From contig JBHGNT010000008.1 in assembly GCA_043228905.1 (NCBI GenBank), forward strand, positions 6,324,001 through 6,388,000: DNA of 64,000 nucleotides. The letters run 5' to 3'. The stretch comes from Azolla caroliniana. Taxonomy: Eukaryota > Plantae > Polypodiophyta. Positions 55,557-64,000 of this stretch are shown in pieces. A program made the position numbers and the translations under genes. How positions within the stretch are numbered: position 1 is the first letter of the stretch; every line of letters begins with the position of its first letter. A model generated the notes under the pieces. The model was not told the DNA's origin and made no database searches. It was given only the letters and a program-made list of their open reading frames with translations.

Positions 55557-56808
55557 AAAATGATTCATATCCAGCATGACTCACTACAATTCTAGAATGT
55601 AGAATACAATTCCCAATGAACATCACTATTAGAGCTCTCATTTTCGCAAATAACGGTTGCCACTTCATGGATGAACTTCCTTGTATTGTTTTTTTTTTCC
55701 TGAGAAAAATACTTTAATGATGGATGTCTTGTTTTGCCAATGTCACATGTCTCTATGTTGTAACAATCTTCATAATATAGTTGTTGCAACCACAAGAGTT
55801 TAACACTTCTTTGAATCTTTGACAGCATAAACTTCTTCAACATGGATGCTTGAAGAGCTTCCTCTATTCTTATAGCTCAAATGATCAATTACAGTCAATT
55901 CTAATTGTCAATGATGGGAGATGTTGGAAGCTGAAGCATCATTCTAATAGCCGCCATAGTTTTCGTTGCCACTATGGCTCTAATGGAGTCCCTCAATGAA
56001 TCACTAGAATCGATTATATACCTAGTTACTTGAATCTTAATTGTGCCTTATCCCTGTACACAGTTGAAGCATATACATAAATAAGTCACCAAGAAGATCC
56101 CAGTGACTAGGTTGACGGAACCCCGTTAGTGCCATGGCAGGGACAACAATTACAGGCAATGGAAGGTCCACATTGCACAGTCATGACGGAGCTACCAGCA
56201 TCATTTGACTCGTTTACTGTTCATTGCTTTGACTTCCAAAGTCTTGAAAGCTACAGCATGGAATGGATATGACAACAATTCTAACAATTCCTCCCTGAGA
56301 ATGTCTATAACAAAGGCAGATCAATTGTTCCTTGATGCGCATAGAAGAAAGAAGTACAATTAAACATCTCTAGAAGACCATAATAACCTTTAAGACCTGA
56401 CAAAGATTACTAAGTGTATGGTTAACAACTCGAAGGTATGATGCCATAGAACAAATTGGAGCGAAATCTATAAGGGGAATTATTAGCAAGGAAGAATTTG
56501 AGCTTAGTCGACCATAATTTTTACTTTTATCGGATATTTTAGTGTTGAAACATAGAAAGACCTCATACGGATCACGGTTGTGCCACTGCAAAGGCGGGCA
56601 ATGCCTGCCCTGTTCTAGTGAGACTGCATCGCCTTTCTCTGCACCACACACTGTTGCTCGTCTATTCTCATTGCTTCCTAGCCGACGATCATTGGCAAGC
56701 GAGGGCCATTGTTTCTAATAATAAAAAACTCGATACAAACATGGACTGCTAGTGCATATTACGACATCGACCTCACACACAGACTCGAGAAAACAGCGTA
56801 AAGCTTAC

Positions 56809-57005
56809 TTGTGAGGCAGACGTTTGAGAAAGCTCCATGGATCCATGGCGGCGCAGAAGAAGGTGGGTGAGGGGGGGGAGGAGGAGGGTACAAAGGAGCC
56901 ATGAGTGGGAGACGTCCTTCCAATCCTGTGGAAGGAGCCGGAGCTTTCCTCTCCGGGACGGCATCGCATGTCGGGGAAGCTTGTAGAGGAAGCCATCGCT
57001 TGCAT
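56809..57005 (-). CDS. DUF1853-like protein, exon 1 (putative organellar transit peptide)
   Basis: GC-rich exon MQAMASSTSFPD...PSSSPPSPTFFCAAMDPWSFLKRLPH(K); donor CACAA|GTAAGC in phase 2 matches the phase-2 acceptor of exon 2. Confidence 0.7.
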
Positions 57006-57026
57006 CGGTGCCGAGGGACAGAGGAT

Positions 57027-57125
57027 TTAGGGTTTACAGTTCAGGTTTAGGGTTTCGGGTTTCGGGTTTAAGCTTTCTTGGTGTCTGGCTCATGGGGCCG
57101 GGTGGCCGAAGGATGGGCCGGCCAT
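57027..57125 (-). promoter_or_regulatory. Telo-boxes and site II-like motif upstream of the DUF1853-like gene
   Basis: AAACCCTAA on the minus strand at 57027-57035 and 57047-57055; TGGGCC at ~57114; this is a known plant promoter combination. Confidence 0.6.
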
Positions 57126-59559
57126 CTGCCCGCCCAACCGTTGGAGTCCTTCTATGAGTTAATGAAATTTAGGATATACTTCTTAGCAGGCCATAAAGCG
57201 TGATATCGTGTGTTTGGCAAGTGGCATCAAGTAAACGTAATAAGAACGGGCCGATTTTCATTACCCTCTTATTCTTGTAGAGGAGAATAACACAATGATT
57301 GTTGAAAGAAGCAGGTGGAAAATGCCAAAGCTATGATTGGATCACTGACCTAAAGGCATCCAACCAGGGTTAGCTCATGATTTTACCTCATTATTTCTCA
57401 TGCACAACACAATACCCCCAACACCATTTGCCTAAGGCTTCCTATGACACCTTACCAAACAAGTATTGATACAACGCGAAAAACTTACCTATGAACCATT
57501 TTGCTTAAATCTTTATACATTAGGTTAGATTCTCGCAATGATAAATTTACATCATTTGCGAATCAAAGCTACCTCGGAACAACATAAAAGATGGATGTTG
57601 ATCCCACTTACCAACTTTGCAATAATACTTGCATTTGGGGTTCTATCGCTATCCCATCTACTTATGTCTCCTATCGTTGTCATAGTTCACACCACCCCTT
57701 GTACATAATGTCAAATTGGGACTATCATGGATGACACATGTCAATACCAATTATCAATGTATGAGTGCACCGGGGTAAAAGTACCCTTGGGTAGACACAT
57801 GCCCGATAGGTGTTCGTCTTCTACTTACATTTTATCATTGCATTACAATTGTGCATGCATAACCAATTCGGAATATTGGTGGAACGACCACTATGGAGTC
57901 TCAATTAAGTCAAATTTTATCAATACATATATATAAATATGAGGTAGTGCAAGCAATCATGTTTCCTTAAGACCTAGATTTTGATTGGGTCAAAGAAAAA
58001 TATATTAGTCCTATGTTTTAGAGAAAAAAAATTAGGCCAAACTTTGTTGTGGTGCACCCAATGCTCTAGTTTAGGTTTAGCCAAGCTTATATATCTATCA
58101 TCATCGATACACATACCAATAAAAGCATGTGGTATAATTTAGGGAAAATTACCAAACTTAAAAGTTACAAAGTAAAATCGATTATTTTTCGAAAACTACT
58201 AAAATATGCTTTGTTGAAGTTGTGTCTCTTAATCACATGAAAATTAAATTTAAAGTGGGGCATATATTAATTAATCAGATTGTAATTTAATTTGATTCAT
58301 TCGAAATAGCTTCGATTAGATGCTACATTCAATTGATATTATTAGTCATAAAATAACCTTAGGATAGAATCTAGATTATTTGTAAGCAAATATGAACTCT
58401 AAATATAAGCATATCCCCTCGATTGTGCACCAAATCTTAATTTTAGTGTCCTTAGGAGCATCAATATAACCAAGCATATGTTGGCAATGTTGAAGGTACA
58501 AAACAAGTATACGTTGGTAGTTTCGGTAACTTATAAACATGCCTCGGTAACTTCGGTAACTTAAAAGCATATTCCGGTAAATTCTCCCTACCATTTCTCA
58601 TTCACGAGATTTAAGAGGATACCTTTTGTGATCCACGTACTCATTTGGAGTAAAACAAGCATGCTTTTCCAAAATATCACGAGATTGGGAGGTGGCCCTT
58701 CCGCATACAAGTCAGTCCAACTCTAGAATAAACTAAAGAAAAGGTTACCAAAATATGTCTATATATATATATGTATTAGAATTCCAACACAAGAATGCGT
58801 GTCCCCCTCAAAATTAAGAACGCTTATATGATGTGTGTAAGATTATGGAAAAATACGAGTTTGGTTACTAATATCGAATCTCTACATGGTCAAATATAAT
58901 TTGGGATTAGGGTCATGCGAAGGGTGCAAAGAGGCTTACACAGAGAAGTGAAAGTGAAGCATAAACGTACGATGTGGGTGCAAATGCTTCCCTGGTGTCA
59001 AGATGGGACCATGTGGACACGACAGGCCTACACATTATTGAGAATGGGAGATCTTGAACCATGGAGTATGAAGGTTTGAGGACATTGATTTCAACTAACT
59101 AGCCTTCTGACGGATGTGAACATTTTGTGATTGCCAAAAGCAACATGGACATTAAACTCTTCCTTTTACCTGTCTTTCCCTATGTCTAGACCAAGCCTTA
59201 GGGATGTGAACATGTTGAATCTCGTTTTCCGAGAAAACACATAATACAGAGATAAAAGCAGTGGTTAATTTCAAGTCATTTTTTTGACACGTTCTCCATT
59301 TCGTAATGCAAAGAAAGTAGAGCAACTCCTAATGTAAAAAGCATTCGAGCGCCCCACACTTTCACATACGTTACTCGTAACTTTCTCATCTTTCTTTTTT
59401 GTTTTATACTTTATGTGCTCTCCCTTGTCTCTATATAGAGACAACACAATCAAATCTAAAGGCGGTAGGTATGACTTCACACCCAAAAAGGCATTTTAAA
59501 CAAGTGTGAACACCGGAGGTTGGGGGACCGAAGGTGAAGAATAATGGGAAAATATTGCT

Positions 59560-60530
59560 CCTTCCTTTCCCTTGTGGGACTTGTGATTTTGCATCAAAGT
59601 CTCTTTCTACCTGTCCTCTGTTACAATATGAAAGGAGCAACAAAGAATTGTTTTGCTAATGATCATGCCCAAGGGTTAGGCCTAGTGCTTTTTGCAATGA
59701 CAAAGGTGTGAAGAGTTGAACACTAATCTAAACCCTCATTGATTTGAAACAACCCTTGTTTCCCATCGTTCTCCATCCATTGTAGCGTGAAAGGAGAACT
59801 ATGTTTTCCTATCATCATATAGAAGGGTTATCCCTATGTTTTCGTGTGCAATGCCAAAGGTTTAGGGAGCAAAACTACAATCACATCCCTCCTCGATTTG
59901 AAACAACACTTGTTTCTCGGCATTCTCCATCCATTGTAGGATGAAAGGAGCAAAAGAGGACCATTTTTTTCCCAACCATCATATTCAAGGGTTATCCTAG
60001 TGTGTGTGCAATGCCAAAGTCTTTGCTGCAAAACTTCGATCTCATCCTCCTTGAATTGAAGCACTAACATGTATCTCCTCTCCATATTTATATCATAGTG
60101 TGAAAGGAGCAACAAAGAACCATTTCTCTTGTGATCATATCTGAGAATTTTCCTACCCTTTTCGTGTTTTCGTGTGCAATGCTAGAGGTTAGATCCCAAC
60201 TGACTCCGATTTGAAGCAAAATGCTTGTTTCTCCTCATATACTTCGTCCCATCATATTGTGAATAGAGCAACAAAGGACCATTTCCCTAATTGTTATGTC
60301 CAAGGGTTAGTTAACCCGGTATTTCCAACAAGCAATGCCAAAGAAAGGTTTCAAGAGCCCAAATCCCAGCCCTCCCTGACTTGAAGCAACAATTGTTTCT
60401 CTACTCACCCTACGCCCATACAGTGTGAAACCATCTATATCCCCGCAGATTGTCGTGTCCAAGGGTTAGCCTAGTTCTTTTCCATGTGCGAAGGCAAAGA
60501 ATTTGGGTGTTCAATTCTGATTCCCCTCAA
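59560..60530. repeat. Degenerate ~160-bp tandem repeat, about 6 copies
   Basis: TGAAAGGAG-type anchor at 59629, 59788, 59942, 60101, 60260 and 60426, followed by AAGGGTT, GCAATGCCAAAG and GATTTGAA blocks. Confidence 0.75.
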
Positions 60531-60854
60531 ACATATTGAATCATCTATCTTTCTCGATCATTTATTTTCATTCATTCAATTTATTCAAAATTGTTGCAAA
60601 TGGAGAGAGGAGGAAAAGGAAATCAATCAAATCATTTAGGTTTTACAAATTACATGGGAGGAGCTTCAATGGTGTTTAGCTCCATTGTGTTTATGGTGTG
60701 ATCTTCATCTTTAATATAAGACCCCAGGGTTACAACATGATGTGATCAAACCTGCAGAACACATTCAATTCTAGGAGAAAGATGATATGATGATGGTGGT
60801 GATTATGTTGATGGATGATGATCATATGATACCTCTGGAAATGCTGCACGTATC

Positions 60855-62580
60855 ATCTTCTGCAACACTGATGGAAAAAGCTTGATCTACTTATCCTTGG
60901 TTTGATCTTCTGAGTACTGCCAATGGAGAACCTCTTGCCTTTTCCTCTTTAGATTTGATCCTCTGCATTAGCCATGGAAAAGCTTTGATCTATATAATGT
61001 TTCATTTATTTTATGTTCAGCACTAGCTAGTAGCAAAGCAAACTTGTGCTAATCTAGGATCTTCTGCAGCAAATACGGAAATCTTGGGCTTTTCTTATTG
61101 ATAATCTCCTGCACTGGTTATGGGGAGCTTGAGCTACTCTTAACTTCTCATTGATGCATTAGCCATGGAAACCTTGGTATATAATGCCGGTTGATAAGCT
61201 TCTATATTGACAATGAAAAGCTTAATTAGCTTCTGCATTAGCAATGGAAAGCTTCAGCTATTCTGATCGGGTATCTTCTGCACTAGCAGTGGAAAGCTTC
61301 ATCTATTCTTGTCAATTATCTTCTGCACTTGCAGTGGAAAGCTTCATCCATTCTAATTAATTATCTTCTGCACTAGCGGTGAAAAGCTTGAGTTATTCTT
61401 CGTTCATGATGATCTGCATTAGTGATGAAAAGCTTAGTCTATACTGCTCGTTAATGGGTGTCTACACTGGCAATTGAACGTTTGATAGATGATGCTCATT
61501 TATGACAGAATTCACCCAAGCAATAGAAAGCTTCCTCTATATTTATTGATGGGCTTCTTCATGGAAAGCTTGATCTATACTGGTTATTGTTGATTTTCTG
61601 CATAACAACATTGAGATTTGTGAATTCTCATGGCTGATCTTCTGCCCTACCGATGGAAAGCTTGATCTATCCATATTGATGATCTTCTACACTAGTAATG
61701 GCAGCACGATGAACCTCAATCCAGATATTCTATGCCACAAATCACAGCAGCTGCAATGGAGAACTGCAGATCATACGCCTGTATAAATGACAAAGAAGAA
61801 ATCTATGACTCCTGGATAGAGATCTTCTGTAGAATCAATGGAAAGCTTGATCTATTCATTGATATGACAAATTATGGATGCTCTGACAAGTACTAATTAG
61901 CTCCTTCGCAATTAGAAATCTCAAAACGCAAGAGGATAAGGAAAGCAGTAGCAGATCAAGTGTTCTTCTAAATCAGATGCTCCGATTAAGCAGCTATGGA
62001 GATAGCTGCAGATCAGTGGCTCAATAATTATGGAAAAGATAGTCAAACGACTCCTCAACTCTCTTCTGTGCCTTCAATGGAAAAGATCGATTTCTGTACT
62101 CAGCACATCTTATAAATTATGTTTCTGCCAAGTAAAATAGATTAGCCCCCTTCATGTTGAGAAACATAGAAGCAGCTATGGATATAGTACTGTAGTTCAA
62201 TGCCTGTTTAAACAGCAGGACTCAAAAAATAATCTTCTTCTTCTTCATCTTCAGCAGCAGAGCAATAATGGAAAGCTTGATCTATTTATCATTGCAGATA
62301 TTAGAAACCATGCTTCAGCCAAGTACATTAAATTATCACCTTGTTCACAGTCAGAAGCTCAGAATCAGGCAGTTATCGACAACTTCTGCAGATCAACACC
62401 TGTTCGAAAGAGGAAAGCTTGATCTAATACAGACTGCAGATGTTAACAGATCACAATGCAAAGCCTGTTCATAGTCAGATCAAGCCCAGAACCTATGGGG
62501 AACTGCAGATCAATAAGGAAATTAAGGCCTATATTGACTCCTTTGAGGGAACTGCAGCTTCAATGGAAAGCTTGAAGTTT
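60855..62580. repeat. Degenerate ~45-bp motif array, more than 20 copies
   Basis: Consensus TCTTCTGCACTAGCAATGGAAAGCTTGATCTAT; exact 45-bp spacing at 61274, 61319 and 61364; sparser toward 62580. Confidence 0.85.
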
Positions 62581-62714
62581 TACTCACTGAATATATTACA
62601 GATAATGTTCTGCAAAAGAACAAAAATTCTGGATCAACAAATCAGGAAGCACAAGAAGCAACTATGGAGTACTCATAGAAACATATAAATGCAGTGTGGG
62701 AGAAGAAAAATGAC

Positions 62715-64000
62715 TTACAGACAAGCGAAGGATGGCATACCTGTGTTGCTGTTGTTGTTGCATGATTGCTTGTTATTATCTCCTCCATGTTTCAGCTTTG
62801 CGAGCTCCACCTGTGTCTGCATGAATAGCTGTAGTCTCTGAAGCTCTAACTCTTTCGTAAACTCCATTCTCTGCTTCTCCATCTCCATCATCTGCTGATG
62901 CTTGGCAATCTCTATCCTCTCATAGACCTCACCGAATTTGGCTATGGCTTTAGCGAGAATCTTGATAGGATTACTACTATTCCGAGGAGACACGGATGTT
63001 GTGGTGGTGGTGGAATAGAATCGTTTACGTTTGAGACGATGTGCTGCAGATACTGTGTTGTTGTCTGCATCTGCGTCATGGCAGCTTATGTCTTCCGCCA
63101 TGACCATATCTGGACTGTGTTCTTTGGACCTCGACAAGGTATCAGTGTCTACGGCGCCATGATTAGGGTTCGTGTTAAGGTTATCGTTAAAGTTCAGATT
63201 AGGGTTAGGGTTAGGGTTAACATTAGGGTTCAGATTAGGGTTAGCAGGTTGAGCTAGCGATGGATGAAGCTTCTGCGTACTATGATAAAACTCATGCTTA
63301 GGCTGAATTAGATGGATCTGCATATGCTTCTGTTCCGCCATTAAAGCTTCATGGTCAGATTCGAGAGGACGCTGCAAAGAAGGCATTGGGGTGCCTGTAG
63401 CAGAAGAAGGAAGAGCAGAAGAAGATGGCATAATCTGGCGCAGAGCAGAAGAAGGAGAAGGATTAGGCTGTGCACTCTGGTTCTGAAGCTTCGATGATGG
63501 AGAAAGCTTTTTTAGCAATGGCTTCTTTGTCGAGGTTCCTATTAATTCATCGAGCTGCTCAAAGAATGTCCATTTACTGGGCCCTCCTCCTGTCAGGATC
63601 TTACTCTTCTCGAGCTTATACTTCTTCTTCAATGTATCAAGCCGATTCTTACACTGAACATCAGTCTTTGGAGCTTTAATGGCGCCATTGAAGCTGCAGC
63701 GGGTGTTCACACAGTCTGCAACCTCCTTCCAGTGCTTCTGTTTCAGGTTACCCCGATTCAGCTCCACATATCTATCGCCCCATGCCTTGATGAGAGTAAG
63801 AGTAGCCCCTTCACTCCAGCAATCATCACGAGAGTGACGGTCAGGGATAGCTGAAATTACTGCAGAATTCTGCACGTTTAATGGAGTTGCATCGATAGGA
63901 AGAGCTAGTATTGTTTTGACAGTAGCAGGAGGAGGAGGGGGAGGGGGAGGGGGAGGAGATGATGAAGAAGAGAGATGGAGGGAGAGAAGACGTTGCTGCT
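62715..64000 (-). CDS. Trihelix transcription factor, ASIL/SIP1 clade; start lies beyond the window end
   Basis: Myb/SANT-like domain [35 protein letters not shown]...[21 protein letters not shown]; C-terminal coiled coil [16 protein letters not shown]...[12 protein letters not shown]; frame stays open upstream through a poly-Pro tract to 64000; no introns seen. Confidence 0.95.
   Translation of the reverse strand, partial: QQRLLSLHLSSSSSPPPPPPPPPPATVKTILALPIDATPLNVQNSAVISAIPDRHSRDDCWSEGATLTLIKAWGDRYVELNRGNLKQKHWKEVADCVNTRCSFNGAIKAPKTDVQCKNRLDTLKKKYKLEKSKILTGGGPSKWTFFEQLDELIGTSTKKPLLKKLSPSSKLQNQSAQPNPSPSSALRQIMPSSSALPSSATGTPMPSLQRPLESDHEALMAEQKHMQIHLIQPKHEFYHSTQKLHPSLAQPANPNLNPNVNPNPNPNLNFNDNLNTNPNHGAVDTDTLSRSKEHSPDMVMAEDISCHDADADNNTVSAAHRLKRKRFYSTTTTTSVSPRNSSNPIKILAKAIAKFGEVYERIEIAKHQQMMEMEKQRMEFTKELELQRLQLFMQTQVELAKLKHGGDNNKQSCNNNSNTGMPSFACL

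Noticed and set aside
56562-56714. Possible extra exon of the DUF1853-like gene
   Set aside because: It is AG/GT-bounded and 153 bp, but it puts a TAG in the frame needed for exon 2 and has a weak donor. At most a poison exon; unsupported without RNA data.
57300-59500. Possible genes or elements upstream of the DUF1853-like gene
   Set aside because: Only short ORFs with no recognisable domains or element boundaries.
60855-62580. CRISPR-like repeat-spacer array
   Set aside because: Repeats are degenerate with irregular spacing, there are no cas genes, and the context is eukaryotic.
63160-63245. TTAGGG telomere-like repeats
   Set aside because: They are the reverse complement of AAC-CCT codons encoding the Asn-Pro tract of the trihelix protein.

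Overview
This is eukaryotic, TE-rich plant nuclear DNA; a large-genome non-seed plant such as a fern is my inference from the TE families and intron sizes. Most of the window is nested, decayed LTR retrotransposons: several Ty1/Copia elements, one chromodomain Ty3/Gypsy and solo LTRs. It also holds LINE remnants, hAT-like MITEs and microsatellites. Two host genes are visible, both on the minus strand. (1) A four-exon gene that I assembled by hand (57005-56809, 41353-41293, 41188-41056, 33201-31805; 595 aa). It encodes a DUF1853-like protein, a mostly bacterial family with a putative PD-(D/E)XK nuclease fold, behind a Ser/Pro-rich transit-peptide-like N-terminus. Its 15.5 kb and 7.9 kb introns are packed with TEs. 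(2) An ASIL/SIP1-type trihelix transcription factor that runs off the window end. Other oddities are a Gypsy element ending in an inverted LTR, a Copia with a ~180 aa acidic RNase H extension, four same-family Copia copies nested in each other, a captured GTE/BET gene 3' end, and two degenerate tandem arrays downstream of the trihelix gene. All family assignments come from motif recognition by eye; no searches were run.
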